A DNA stretch of 64,000 bases from an uncultured Acidobacteriota bacterium (GCA_963713825.1 CAVQNG010000005.1:32001-96000), one strand, 5' to 3'. Shown: positions 11,241 through 22,742, numbered from the stretch's first letter. Numbers and translations are program-made. Notes: generated by a model from the sequence alone, not told the origin.

Positions 11241-12563
11241 CTACATCTGCCGGTAGCCCTGGACCGCCCAGTTGAGGTCGAGTCGCTCTCCCTGCCAGCG
11301 CGGAAACCCTGTGTGGGAGTCGATCGAGATGTCCTCCTCCTCGAGCAGGCTCTCGAGCTCCGCCAAGGGGTCCTCGACCAGGGGTGGTGGCGGCGGCACG
11401 GTCGGAATCTCCCAGCCTTGGGGCCGGAAGAAGCGCAGCTCACCATCTGTGGTGTGTTCGATGCGGTATCCCTCTTCGTGGACGGCCCGATGATGACGGC
11501 GACACAGTAGAACCAGGTTGTCGAGACTCGTTACCCCTCCGTTGGCCCAGTGTTTCAGGTGATGAGCCTCGCAATGCTTCAATCCGCAGCCCGGAAACTG
11601 GCAGCCTTCGTCCCTGGCGGTCAGAGCGCGGCGAATCGGGGTGGGAATCGTGCGAGTGCGGCGGCCGACATCGAGGACGTTGCCCTCGGAGTCGTGTTTC
11701 ATGATCACTTTGCCCGCATCACAGGCGAGCCGCCGAGACGTTTCCGCGGAAACGTCTGTGCCGTCCTCCAGCATGGACACTCCGGGCGCATCGGGGTCCT
11801 CGAGCACTTGGCTCTCGACATGCACCACCACCTGTAGACGCTCGGCCCGGGTGCCCTTGTCGATTCCACCGGCCAGCGCACTCTCCGCCACCAGGCCCAA
11901 GGCATCTGCTCGTCGCTGGCGGACCGGGACTCCATCGCCTCGCTCGTCCTTGGTCTCCCTCTCTCTGTCATAGAGCACCTGCTCGGCTGCCTCCAGAGCT
12001 TTCAGCAGAGCGGCTCCCACTTCCGGCTCCAATCGTGCCCGTAGCACGATCATGCCGTCGTAATCCGTGGTGGCCGCCAGGTAGCGGCTGGCGTGACGTA
12101 GATTCTCTCGGTGGACCTCGTCCTGCCGATCGACACGGCGCCAGGCCCGCACCAGCTTCTCCACATGGGCGGCCGTTCCAGCCCGAGCGAATTCGAGGAG
12201 CTCCGCCTCGTTCTCAGGGGTCGCCACTCGGGTCAGGGCCCTGACCTTGGAGTAGGAGAGCTCCCCACAACCCATCGCCTCGGAAAGAAGCGGCAACTCG
12301 CCCAGGGCCTTGGCCACTCGTACCTTCTCCCGGGCCGCGCCCAGGTCGAGCCCAGTGCGCCAGTTGAGCCAATGGGCACAGGAGCGAAAGCCGGTGTTCC
12401 AACCGCTCTTCTCGTCGAACTCCCGGATCAGGACCAGCAGGTGGTAAGTGGCAGCCTGGATCTGGGCCGAGAGCTCGGCGATTCGCTCACCGAGCTGGTC
12501 GACCTCCGAGGTTCTGGGACCAAGCTGAGAGTGAGAATTCGGGGAGGCAATAGGTTCGATCAT
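11241..12563 (-). CDS. DUF222 (13E12-repeat family) + HNH endonuclease protein
   Basis: 'AHWLNWRTGL...AREKVRVAKAL' DUF222; 'RDEGCQFPGC...EAHHLKHWANGG.TSLDNLVLLCRRHHRAVH' HNH; SD GGAGG before ATG 12563. Confidence 0.9.
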   Translation of the reverse strand: MIEPIASPNSHSQLGPRTSEVDQLGERIAELSAQIQAATYHLLVLIREFDEKSGWNTGFRSCAHWLNWRTGLDLGAAREKVRVAKALGELPLLSEAMGCGELSYSKVRALTRVATPENEAELLEFARAGTAAHVEKLVRAWRRVDRQDEVHRENLRHASRYLAATTDYDGMIVLRARLEPEVGAALLKALEAAEQVLYDRERETKDERGDGVPVRQRRADALGLVAESALAGGIDKGTRAERLQVVVHVESQVLEDPDAPGVSMLEDGTDVSAETSRRLACDAGKVIMKHDSEGNVLDVGRRTRTIPTPIRRALTARDEGCQFPGCGLKHCEAHHLKHWANGGVTSLDNLVLLCRRHHRAVHEEGYRIEHTTDGELRFFRPQGWEIPTVPPPPPLVEDPLAELESLLEEEDISIDSHTGFPRWQGERLDLNWAVQGYRQM

Positions 12564-12857
12564 GGCGTTCCCTCCAGGAGTCACGCACCTATTATAAACC
12601 CCGTATTTTCAACGCTTTAGCTTGCCCACTGGCGCACGATCGAGGGGCCTAGAGGCATCTTCGTTACGCTTCTCGAGGTACGCCACGCAGGGAGCAACCC
12701 AGGGCCACACAGACCCTTTCAAAGGTCGATCTCAGAGGCTCCGAAAATTGACGCGAAAATCCTGTCAAGTCTTTTCTTCGATCTTTTCGATCAATCTGTG
12801 TGTTACTCGACCATCGACCGACTGGCTCCTCCTGAAGTCAGTGGAGTAGCTGAAGCC

Positions 12858-15626
12858 CTATCTGCCGTCGCCCGAGATCTGTTGCGACCAGTTGAGGAGG
12901 AACTCGATGCGGGCGCGGGCCGATTCGTCTCGATCGAGCTCGATGAAGAGGAATTGGCTGCCGGAAGATGCGGCGCCCCAGTTTCTCTGGGGTGCGGTCG
13001 TGGTCGTGAACCGGCTGGTGTCGGGAATGATCTCGATCGGTGGTCCAGTGCGAAATGCGCCGCCCGGCTCGATGTCGACTTTCATCAGAGACCGTCTGGC
13101 GTCTTGGATACGCAGGTAGAACAACTCCCGTCCGTTGCCCGACCAGAAGGGGTAGCCACCGGGACCGGGACTGACCTGCCACTTACCCTCTCCCTCGACG
13201 GGACGCACGAAGACGGAGGAGGTGCCGCTCCCGGGTGAGGCATAGGCGATCCAGCGACCATCGGGGGAGAAGCAGGGCGAGCTGGCATCTTTCTGGAAGA
13301 AAACCGGCTCTTCTCCGGGGCTCAAGAAATAGACATCGGGAGTGGCTCCGACGAAGGTATAGGCGAGAGTCTTGCCGTCCGGGCTCCAGGATTCCGGTAG
13401 CGCCACATCCAGGCCGGGGGGGCTGATGAGCTCTTCACTACCGCTGCCGTCGACCGGCTTGCGATAGATGCCCCGCTCTCCGGAGCCTCGCAGAAACGTG
13501 ACCCAGCGATTGTCGGGTGTGAACAGGGGATAGAGGTCATTGCCGCCGAAGGTGAACCGATTGAGCGCTTGCGTGTCGAGCGAATAGATCCAGACGTCAC
13601 CTGCCGTACCGGTAGCCCCCTCACCGATTGTGAAGGCAATCTGTTTGCCGTCCGGGGACATCCGAGGGTGGTGGAGTGGCTGAGGCGGCAATGGCAGTCC
13701 TGTCACTTCGCCGTCGCGATCCACGATGGCCAGGTGAGCCTTGCCCTGAGTAACGGCTCTCGGAACATAGGCCAGGCTGCCGTTGGGAGCCGCGGCAAAA
13801 AAGGAGACGCCGCTGGTGGTATCGCCACCCAGGTCTTCGATAACCGGAGTCGGGTCTCCGTCAACGCTCATGGTGTCGAGGTCGATGGCAACGCCGTAGA
13901 GCGTGCCGCGACGGGCGAAGAGTAGCCGATCGGGTGGTACGAATCGCGCCATGCTAGCGCCTTCGATAAGAACCCAGCGCTCACCCGTATCCAGAGAGTA
14001 CGCAACGATCTGAGCGTCGTCGTAGTTGTTCGGGCTGCGGGTGGTGCCGACTGTGAAGATCACCTTTCGGCCGCCGGGGAGCAGGTCGGGCCAACGATAG
14101 GTTCGCTCGCCTTGCTCGGCATCGGGCTCGACGATGGCCTCGGGCTCGCCTCCTAGAGCGGGGATGCGCTGAATTCCAGCTACATATCCGGGTGAATAGA
14201 GGATCGAGCCATCCGGACCCCAGACAAGTCCACGGGGATTGGAGGTCTCCGCCAGACCGATGGACTTGCCTCCAGCGACCGGAATTCGACGCACCTCGCC
14301 GTCGGCGAAGAAGGCCAGTTGCTGGCCATCGGGGGAGAAGGCCGGATTGGTGGCGCCCTCGGTTCCAGGAACAGGTCGCGCTTCGACTTGATCCAGAGCG
14401 CGAATGTAGATCTCCTGCTTGGAGGTTTCCGGATCGATGGCCGCGAAGGCGAGAGAGCGACCGTCAGGAGCAAAGGACAGCATGGGCTCGTCGCCATAGC
14501 CGAGTCGAAACCCCTCCGGCAGTGTGAGATCGAAGCGGATCGCGGGGTTCTCGGGTGGGGGATCGGCCGGCCGGAGGGCAAGGAAGAGCGCCGAACCTAT
14601 GCCGAGGATCGCCGCCGTCCAGGCGAGCAGCTCGCGCCAGCGTGATCGGGGTGGCGCAACCTGTTGCGTCTCCTCGTGGGTCGAAAGGGCCTCTTGAGAC
14701 TTGGCTTCCTCGAGCTCGATGCGGGCATCGCCGATGTCGCGCAGGCGATGCGCCGGGTCGCGCTGCAGGCAGCGGCGCAACAACCGGACTACCGACGGCG
14801 GCGTGTCTGCTGGCAGCAGTGCCAGATCGGGTTCGGTCTTCAGCACCTCGGCCAGGGTGTCGGAGACCGTGTCGCCGGCGAAGAGCTGCTTCTGGGTCAG
14901 CATCTCCCACAGCACGACGCCGAAGGCCCAGATGTCGGCCTGCTTGTCGGCCTCCTGTCCCCGTGCCTGCTCGGGACTCATGTAGGCGGCGGTGCCCATC
15001 AGCACTCCCGCCTGGGTCATCTGGGCGGTGAGCGTCGGCGACATCGACAGACCCTGACGGGTGGCTCCCGACTCCTGGGGATCGAGCGCCTTGGCAAGGC
15101 CGAAGTCGAGTACCTTGACCTTGCCGCCGGGGGTGACCTTGACGTTGGCGGGCTTGAGATCCCGGTGGACGATCCCCTGACCATGGGCCTCTTCGAGAGC
15201 ATCAGCCACCTGCGCCGCCATCTCGAGAGCATCGTCCATCGGCACACCTCGAGCAATGAGCTCTTGAAGAGTGTCGCCATCGACGAGCTCCATGACGAGG
15301 AAGTGGATAGAGGGTCCTGGGTCCTGGGGCTTGGGTCCTGGGGATTCCCCCGCCCCGTCTTTTTTGAAGCGGCCGGACCCTGTGCCGGCCGTCGCGCGTT
15401 CAAACGAGTAGATCGCAGCGATGTTCGGGTGATTGAGCGAAGCAAGGACCTTCGCTTCGCGCTCGAAGCGTGCGAGGCGTTCGGGATCGGAGGCTACGGC
15501 CTCGGGCAGGACCTTGATCGCCACCTCACGGCCGAGCTTCGTGTCCTCGGCCAGGTAAACCTCACCCATGCCGCCTTCGCCGAGCTTGGCGGTGATCTTG
15601 AAGTGGGAAAGCGAGGATCCAATCAT
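12858..15626 (-). CDS. K3: Ser/Thr kinase + TM + PD40 beta-propeller; 31-aa repeat-derived N-lobe loop
   Basis: All catalytic motifs; TM '[19 protein letters not shown]'; start overlaps the K4 stop (ATGA). Confidence 0.95.
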   Translation of the reverse strand: MIGSSLSHFKITAKLGEGGMGEVYLAEDTKLGREVAIKVLPEAVASDPERLARFEREAKVLASLNHPNIAAIYSFERATAGTGSGRFKKDGAGESPGPKPQDPGPSIHFLVMELVDGDTLQELIARGVPMDDALEMAAQVADALEEAHGQGIVHRDLKPANVKVTPGGKVKVLDFGLAKALDPQESGATRQGLSMSPTLTAQMTQAGVLMGTAAYMSPEQARGQEADKQADIWAFGVVLWEMLTQKQLFAGDTVSDTLAEVLKTEPDLALLPADTPPSVVRLLRRCLQRDPAHRLRDIGDARIELEEAKSQEALSTHEETQQVAPPRSRWRELLAWTAAILGIGSALFLALRPADPPPENPAIRFDLTLPEGFRLGYGDEPMLSFAPDGRSLAFAAIDPETSKQEIYIRALDQVEARPVPGTEGATNPAFSPDGQQLAFFADGEVRRIPVAGGKSIGLAETSNPRGLVWGPDGSILYSPGYVAGIQRIPALGGEPEAIVEPDAEQGERTYRWPDLLPGGRKVIFTVGTTRSPNNYDDAQIVAYSLDTGERWVLIEGASMARFVPPDRLLFARRGTLYGVAIDLDTMSVDGDPTPVIEDLGGDTTSGVSFFAAAPNGSLAYVPRAVTQGKAHLAIVDRDGEVTGLPLPPQPLHHPRMSPDGKQIAFTIGEGATGTAGDVWIYSLDTQALNRFTFGGNDLYPLFTPDNRWVTFLRGSGERGIYRKPVDGSGSEELISPPGLDVALPESWSPDGKTLAYTFVGATPDVYFLSPGEEPVFFQKDASSPCFSPDGRWIAYASPGSGTSSVFVRPVEGEGKWQVSPGPGGYPFWSGNGRELFYLRIQDARRSLMKVDIEPGGAFRTGPPIEIIPDTSRFTTTTAPQRNWGAASSGSQFLFIELDRDESARARIEFLLNWSQQISGDGR

Positions 15627-18374
15627 TTCGGGCCTGCGAATTCGGTGGTCCAGTTCTGGACCAGGATAAAGGGTTCCTCGGTGGGCTGCTCGGCGACGCG
15701 GTTGAGCAGGAACCGTTGACCGTCGAGGGAGGCATCGAATTCCAGTCCCCAGCTACCGATGTTGCGGAGACGCGCCTGGAAGAGCGCCTGCGGCTCGCCG
15801 ACCTCGGGATGCTCCGACAAGCGGATTGGAACCGCGGTTACATGACCATCGGCAGACCAGTAGTAGAGCTCCTGGCCGTCGGATCGCCAGAGCGGCATGG
15901 TGCCGCCGTTGTCGGTGATGGGGATCTTCTCGCGCCTCTCCGGAAAGCTCTGCAGGTAGATCTCGAACCTGCCGGATTCGTTGGAGGTGTAGGCCAACCA
16001 GCGGCCATCGGGCGAGAAGCGCCCGTCCCGCTCCGAAAAGGACGTTGCGAGCCAGGGCTGAGCGGTACCATCGTCCAGGTCGTGGATCCAGAGGTCATTG
16101 ACCATCTCCGACTCGAGCGTGCGATCCCGGCGAAAGAGCAGGTAGCTCCCGTCGGGGGATACGTCGCACGGTGAGCCGTCGCCTACGACCAGGCGCGGCT
16201 CCGCGCCGCCCGAGAGGCTCTTGACGTAGATGTCGTTGCGCTCCTCGACCCGCACGTAGTAGACCTCACTGTCGTCGCGTGACCAGACGGGAAGTGTCTC
16301 GTCGACCTCGCTGTAGGTGAACCGGTTGGGTACGGCACGCGCCAGGTCGAAGACCCACAGGTCGGCGAGAGGGAGGCTCTGGTCCACGACAACCCTCCGG
16401 CCGTCGTGCGAGATGCGGGGATAGTAGAACTCGCTAGGTGGGGCCACAGTCTCTTTGAAGATCCCAGCTCGGTCGACCCACACGAGATCGGTCGTCGCCA
16501 CGGCGGCGTCACCGGGCAGGTAGGCCAGCAACCCGCTGCCGGATATCGCGAAGAAGCCGTTGACAGGCCAGTTCGCGCGCACCCGGTCGGCCACTCGGAA
16601 GATCTCGTCTCCCAGAGTCATACTCTCGACATCGAAAGTGCGGGCACGCAGGGACCCACTCTCCCAGAAGATCAGGTAGCCCGGCGCGGCGTAGGCAGCA
16701 TGCAGTCCGTTGTCGGCCGTCAGAAGGCGAACCTCTGAGGAGTCCAGCGAACCCACATAGATTCCAGTGAGCGTCTCGCCCTGATCGAGTACCGAGAACA
16801 GAAAACGACGGCCGTCTGGAAGAAAGGACGGGCGCATGTGGTAGTCGCGGAGAACACCTGGTGCGACCTCGGCGGCCTCGGTCACGGCGCCACCCGTGGA
16901 GTCGACGCGCTTGATTCCCTGGCCCCAATCTCCGGGTGCGAAGACGATCACGCCGTCCTGGTTCCAACTGCCTCCCTCGGGGACAGGCGCGTCGGCTAGA
17001 ACTTCGGGCTCGCCACCCTCGAGGTCGACTCGTTTGAGCTTCCCATTGGCGAAGAAGCCGAGAGCGCTCCCATCGGGAGACCAGAACGGGGAAGTCGCTC
17101 CTTCGGTGCCTTGTAGGATCCTGACGGTCGAGCTGTCGAGCGATCGCACCGCGAGCAACGCCGTGCCGTCCGTATCGACGGCGACAAAGGCCAGGCGGCT
17201 ACCGTCGGCCGAGAAGGCCATGGGTCCCCGCGAGGTGCTGTAGGCGAGCTCCTCTGGGGCCGGGAGTGCCGACACCAGTCGCGAGGCCACCGAGGGGTCC
17301 TCGGCCGATGGGTTTCTGAGACCGACTACCAGCGCGAAGGTTACGGCCGCCGCCGCCAAGCCCCAGGGCAGCCATCGCTGCCAGGCTGGGATCGTCTGTC
17401 CTGGCTCTGCAGTCGATTCCTCGTTTTCCGGTTCCGCCTGCGATTGACGAATCTGGATGCGGGCTTCGCCGATGTCGCGCAAGCGGTTCATCGGGTCCCG
17501 ATCGACACAGCGCACCAGCAACCTGCGAATCGAGTCGGGGGTCTCGGGTGGTAGCGCATCGAAATCGATGTCCGCGCGGACCACCGCTGCGAGAACGTCG
17601 GTTACCGAGGGGCCGGCGAAGAGCTGGCGACCGGCCAGGAGCTCGAAGAGCAGGACTCCGAAGGCCCAGATATCGCACCGCTTGTCGACCTCCTGGCCTC
17701 GGGCCTGCTCGGGAGCCATGTAGGCCGCGGTACCGAGAAGCATCCCAGGCTGGGTCATCTGGGCGGTGAGCGTCGGTGACATCGACAGTGGGGACTGGAT
17801 CGGATCTCGATCCGTTCCTGTCCCCGTTTCGAGCGCCTTGGCAAGGCCGAAGTCGAGTACCTTGACCTTGCCGCCGGGGGTGACCTTGACGTTGGCGGGC
17901 TTGAGATCCCGGTGGACGATCCCCTGACCATGGGCCTCTTCGAGAGCATCAGCCACCTGCGCCGCCATCTCGAGAGCATCGTCCATCGGCACACCTCGAG
18001 CAATGAGCTCTTGAAGAGTGTCGCCATCGACGAGCTCCATGACGAGGAAGTGGATAGAGGGTCCTGGGTCCTGGGGCTTGGGTCCTGGGGTTTTCCCCCG
18101 CCCCGTCTTTTTTGAAGCGGCCGGACCCTGTGCCGGCCGTCGCGCGTTCGAACGAGTAGATCGCAGCGATGTTCGGGTGATTGAGCGAAGCAAGGACCTT
18201 CGCTTCGCGCTCGAAGCGGGCCAGGCGCTCGGGATCGGAGGCCACTGCATCGGGCAGGACCTTGATTGCGACCTCACGCCCCAGCTTGGTGTCCTCGGCC
18301 AGGTAAACCTCACCCATGCCGCCCTCGCCGAGCTTGGCGGTGATCTTGAAATGCGCGAGGGTGGATCCGATCAT
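15623..18374 (-). CDS. K4: Ser/Thr kinase + TM + PD40 beta-propeller; +1 frameshift at ~18091-18094
   Basis: N-terminus in ORF 17949..18374, remainder in ORF 15623..18313. Reads GGGG-TTTT-CCCCC where paralogue K3 has GGGG-ATT-CCCCC. Confidence 0.88.
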
Positions 18375-18378
18375 GGTC

Positions 18379-18408
18379 TGGTCCTGGGGCTTGGGTCCTG
18401 GGTCCTGG
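18379..18408. repeat. STRR-like heptamer tandem repeat (GGTCCTG / GGGCTTG) immediately upstream of the K4 start
   Basis: tggtcctggggcttgggtcctgggtcctgg; the same units occur in the K3, K4 and K12 coding inserts. Confidence 0.7.
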
Positions 18409-18506
18409 AAACGACTTTCAGCCTACAAACCTCGGAGGTCCTCCGATTTACACCGACCCCTTGCCCTCAACTGGTTGAGCGGGGCAGATTCTACTGCAAG
18501 GCGCTC

Positions 18507-20876
18507 CTAGGGCAGCCCGAGCCTCTCCAAGGCTTCGCGAATGCGATCATCGGCGATGATGTCTTCCTGCTCGCAGAAGGCCCGCGTCCAGGCGAAGAGG
18601 GTGTCGTGCTCGGCGTGGGCGCGTTCGGCCCAGCGGATTGCTTCGTCGGTGTTACCGCGGGCGATCTCGATCACGGTTCGGCCCGTCGGCGTAACATAGG
18701 TCGTCTCCGAAAGCTTGTCGAGCTTGGCGATATATCGCTCGCCCATCTCCGATTCACCGAAGTGGAAGTGCATGGCCGCGAGGATGCAGTTGAACCAAGG
18801 CACCTCCCCCCCAGTGAGCTCGTTGCCCTTCTCCATGTTGGTGATCGCCGCCTCGCGGTCCCGCCGCTTCCAGTTGATGTAGGACAGCATGTAGAAGTTG
18901 AACCAGTAGTCTGGGAACAGCTCCTGAGCCTTGCGGGCAGCGATCTCGGCTTCATCGTTGCGTCCGGCATAGAAGAGCATCAGCGAGTCATGCGCCACGA
19001 CGATCGGGTTCAGGGGGTCGAGCTCGAGGGCGGGGAGAAACGCCGCGACCATCTCTTCGTCTCGCCGCATGGTCGCCAAAATGCCGGCATGGAAGAAGTG
19101 GGACCATGCGTACTGAGGGTTCTTCTGGATTCCGAGGCGAACCTCTGCCAAGGCGTTCTCCCAGTCGAAGTCGTGCCAGGCAAGGTAGATCGCGAGACTA
19201 GGATGTGCCTCTCCCAGCTGCGGGTCGAGCTCGAGAGCTCGCTCCGCAGAGGCGCGCATTCGGGGCATGGCCTCGGCTCCCGGAAGGCTTCCGAAGATTG
19301 AGCGGTAGAGGTAGTTCTCCGCCATGACCGCGTAGGCCTGGGCGTAGTTGGGATCGAGCTCGATCGCCTCCTCGAGACACTCGTGGGCGGCGACGAGTCC
19401 GGGCTCCCAGAAATCGGTCATGTGGTGACGGGCCTTGAGGAGCAGGTGGTAGGCCTCGAGGTTGCCGGTGCTGGGGCGGATGAGTGGCCCCTCGGACTCG
19501 GCTCGAAGCTCGACGTGAAGTTGCTCGACAATGGCCTGGGCGATCTCGTCCTGGGTGTCGAAGATGTCCTTCATCTCGCCATCGAAACGCTCGGCCCACA
19601 GCTTGTAGCCATCCGCGCAGTTGACGAGCTCGGTAGTGATGCGCAGACGGTTTCCGGCGATGCGTACACTGCCCTCCAGAACGACCTCCACGTCGAGCTT
19701 CTGACCGACCTCGCGCACATCGAGCTCCTGTCCGCGGAATTGGAAGGCAGAGCTCCGAGCCGTGACCCGGAGACCAGGGAGCTTGCTCAGCGCGTTGATC
19801 AGCTCCTCCGACAAGCCGTCGCAGAAGTAGTCGTCATCCTCCTTGCCACTACGGTTGACGAACGGTAGGACCGCGATCGACCTCTCACGCAAAGCTTCTG
19901 CAATCGTGGACACCCCGGAGACCGAAGTGTCCCGAGAGCCAGAACCGGAGCTTGGCACGGGGGAGGGTGCTGTGACCGGTGATGGTGCGGAGGCAGGAGC
20001 CTCTTGGACGGTGACGCTGGTGTCTGACTCGTACTCTTTGCGGAAGCTCTCCAGCTCGTAGGCCAGATCGCTCGCCGACGAGTAGCGGCGCTGCGGGTCC
20101 TTCTCCAGGCACCGAGTGAGAATCCGCCCCAGGTGCCTGGGTAGATCGGTCCGGATCTCGACCACAGGTTGGGGAACGTCCTTCAGGATGGAAGACATCA
20201 GTGCCGGAGAGGTGTCGCCTTGAAACGGACGGTCGCCGGTGACCATCTCGAAGAACAGCACACCGAGCGAGAAGATGTCCGTGCGGGCGTCGACCCGCTT
20301 CCCCTCGACCTGTTCGGGCGACATGTAGGGGATCGTTCCGATCACCAGACCTTCCTGCGTCAGCGCCTCGGTCGGCATCTGGGTCATCTCGGGCGCCACC
20401 GGTTCCTCGGTCAGCTTCGCGAGGCCGAAGTCGAGCACCTTGACCTGGCCTTCCCGGTTCACCATGACGTTGGCGGGCTTCAGGTCTCGATGAGCGATGC
20501 CCTTGGCGTGAGCCGACGCGAGAGCCTTGGTCATGGCGATGGCCAGCTCGAAGAAGCGGCCGAGCTCGAGCCCTCCGGGAGGGATCACCTGGTTGAGCGT
20601 GTGGCCTTCGACGAGCTCCATGGTGATGAAATGGGTAGCGTTGTCTTCCTCGACCGAGTAGATCGTGACGATGTTGGGGTGGTTCAGAGCCGCGACCGCT
20701 CGTGCTTCTCGCTGGAATCGCTCCAGGCGCGTTGGATCTCCCGCCATTTCCGCTGGGAGGACCTTGATCGCAACATCCCTTCCGAGCTTCGTGTCCTCGG
20801 CCAGGTAAACCTCACCCATGCCGCCCTCGCCGAGCTTGGCGGTGATCTTGAAGTGGGAAAGGGTGGTGCCAATCAT
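18507..20876 (-). CDS. K5: Ser/Thr kinase + TolB-N-like (SIAVLPF) + TPR; no TM helix
   Basis: Catalytic motifs; Ser/Pro-rich linker without a hydrophobic stretch; 'SIAVLPFVN...DGLSEELINALS...VLEGSVR'; TPRs. Confidence 0.93.
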   Translation of the reverse strand: MIGTTLSHFKITAKLGEGGMGEVYLAEDTKLGRDVAIKVLPAEMAGDPTRLERFQREARAVAALNHPNIVTIYSVEEDNATHFITMELVEGHTLNQVIPPGGLELGRFFELAIAMTKALASAHAKGIAHRDLKPANVMVNREGQVKVLDFGLAKLTEEPVAPEMTQMPTEALTQEGLVIGTIPYMSPEQVEGKRVDARTDIFSLGVLFFEMVTGDRPFQGDTSPALMSSILKDVPQPVVEIRTDLPRHLGRILTRCLEKDPQRRYSSASDLAYELESFRKEYESDTSVTVQEAPASAPSPVTAPSPVPSSGSGSRDTSVSGVSTIAEALRERSIAVLPFVNRSGKEDDDYFCDGLSEELINALSKLPGLRVTARSSAFQFRGQELDVREVGQKLDVEVVLEGSVRIAGNRLRITTELVNCADGYKLWAERFDGEMKDIFDTQDEIAQAIVEQLHVELRAESEGPLIRPSTGNLEAYHLLLKARHHMTDFWEPGLVAAHECLEEAIELDPNYAQAYAVMAENYLYRSIFGSLPGAEAMPRMRASAERALELDPQLGEAHPSLAIYLAWHDFDWENALAEVRLGIQKNPQYAWSHFFHAGILATMRRDEEMVAAFLPALELDPLNPIVVAHDSLMLFYAGRNDEAEIAARKAQELFPDYWFNFYMLSYINWKRRDREAAITNMEKGNELTGGEVPWFNCILAAMHFHFGESEMGERYIAKLDKLSETTYVTPTGRTVIEIARGNTDEAIRWAERAHAEHDTLFAWTRAFCEQEDIIADDRIREALERLGLP

Positions 20877-20987
20877 CTCAGTCTCCCGCCAGCAGAAGTG
20901 CCGGCCGCGTCACAAGATTCGTGGCTCGTGCCAATGACGGAATGCCGGTGATTCTACACGGCATTGAGGACTTCGGTTGTTGACGAC

Positions 20988-22592
20988 TCAGGGCTTGACG
21001 GCCGACCACTGAGAAAGGTCGCCTGATTCGAATCCGTCCTCGAATACCACAGGGGGACCATCCGAGACGAAGAGAATCGAGTCTGCCACCGTCACGTTGC
21101 GGTCTGAGTCCATGGCACCCATTCTTATGGTGAGCTGGTCCTCGAGGAGAATTCCGCCAGCAGGCTTCCCTTCGGTGGAGAACACCCCGTCGCCAGCGGC
21201 CGTATCAGGGTAGGCGCCGTCGTCATGAGCGGGGAGATTGAAGTACATGGGGAGGATGTTGGAGTTGTTCTCGAGCATGCCGTCGAGCAGCTCGTCCGTG
21301 GCGGTTTCCACAACGTCTCCCAAGCCCTGGGGATCGGAGACTTGCGAGGTCAGGATCACCCGTGCAGACGGATCGTCATCGACCATGTACGACGGGTCGA
21401 ACACCATGTTGTGAATGACCGGCGCAGGTGAAACCGGAGCGGCAGGGTTCAGATCACCCACGTAAAGGCTGAGGAAGTCGTGGCGAAAGCACACCCTCGA
21501 CCCATCGTCGCTGACGACCGGGTCCCAGGTCGATGCGATGGCAATATTGTTGACGTCCCACGCGGGGAAGAGATCGAGACCGCCGGTGCCGTCGGTTCGG
21601 GTCAGCCTGCCGCCTCCTGCTTCGGTGTCGTAGTAGAACATCCGGTCGCCCAACAGGGTCATGGTGTTGCCACCGACATTGAACCCACGGGGCTCGAGCT
21701 CGGTCAGGTCGCTGCCGTCGGGGTCAATCGAGAACCAGTTGGCTCCGTTGGAGAACGCAATCGTGCTGCCGTCGCCACTGATCGCAGGGTAGTCCTCGAT
21801 TTCGTTGTTCAGGGTCAACTGGCACTGGTCACCCATGCCGCAATCCTGGCCGTCCGCCTTGGCGAAAAGGTCGGCGATGGTCACCAGGCCTCCAGGGGGG
21901 GGCTCCCAATAGCCCATGAGGGTGAAGGTCAACTGACTGCCGTCGTCGGACACGTCGAACGTGGCCACGGCCCAGCCCTTGAGCCCACCGTTGCGCAGCA
22001 CGGCCTCGTCGTCCACGATCAGCGACGGTGCACCGCCGCTGTGGTGCACTCGCCAGATATCCTGGCGATCTTCCTTGAAGAAGACGTACTGACCGTCCCA
22101 TGTTGTGCGCACAAGAGGTATGGCAACGCTGGGAGTGATGTCCGCCCAGTCATCTGCGTCCAGGATCTCGGTGATCGTTCCGCTTTCGACCTTGTAGATG
22201 CGGTGTTGATACCAAGGAGTGACGAAGAAAGCTCTCGAACCATCACGACTGATAGCGAGGTCGGCCGGCGTGATTTGCTCCGCTGCGTTTTGCGGATCGA
22301 TCGGCAGCAGGATGCTGGTGAGATTCGAGCCATCGGCATCCACCAGGTAGATCTTCTTCTCGTTGGTATCCGACTGACGGCCGTAGAAGACGACGGTGGA
22401 TCCATCCCCGCTCATGGTCGCGTCCTCGATTACCAGGTCGCTTCCAGGACCGAAGAAATCGTCGCCATCGACGATCCGGATGTAGCTCGCTCTGAACTGG
22501 ATGCCAGCGGACAGGCTGGTGGGTTCACAAAGGACTGAGGCCAACGGCGTGACTACCCAGACGCACAACACAACAAGGCGACGTGTCAACAT
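20988..22592 (-). CDS. secreted TolB-like beta-propeller protein with a choice-of-anchor-X-like motif and C-terminal 'FEDGFESGDLSQWS'
   Basis: Signal peptide; 'SGDGS/SDDGS' blade repeats; 'HDDGAYPDTAAGDGVFS'. Confidence 0.8.
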   Translation of the reverse strand: MLTRRLVVLCVWVVTPLASVLCEPTSLSAGIQFRASYIRIVDGDDFFGPGSDLVIEDATMSGDGSTVVFYGRQSDTNEKKIYLVDADGSNLTSILLPIDPQNAAEQITPADLAISRDGSRAFFVTPWYQHRIYKVESGTITEILDADDWADITPSVAIPLVRTTWDGQYVFFKEDRQDIWRVHHSGGAPSLIVDDEAVLRNGGLKGWAVATFDVSDDGSQLTFTLMGYWEPPPGGLVTIADLFAKADGQDCGMGDQCQLTLNNEIEDYPAISGDGSTIAFSNGANWFSIDPDGSDLTELEPRGFNVGGNTMTLLGDRMFYYDTEAGGGRLTRTDGTGGLDLFPAWDVNNIAIASTWDPVVSDDGSRVCFRHDFLSLYVGDLNPAAPVSPAPVIHNMVFDPSYMVDDDPSARVILTSQVSDPQGLGDVVETATDELLDGMLENNSNILPMYFNLPAHDDGAYPDTAAGDGVFSTEGKPAGGILLEDQLTIRMGAMDSDRNVTVADSILFVSDGPPVVFEDGFESGDLSQWSAVKP

Positions 22593-22742
22593 GCCACCTC
22601 CTAGAGGGGAGCCGGGCCGATACTGAGATTATGAAGATCCCTTGCCCGCGATGCAATAGCAGGAAGGGTGGAAGGGGTTGTGCCGGTTATCGATTCTCAG
22701 AACGAAGCGGCCGACGCCCCTGCAGGCCGATGGGCGAGTGGG

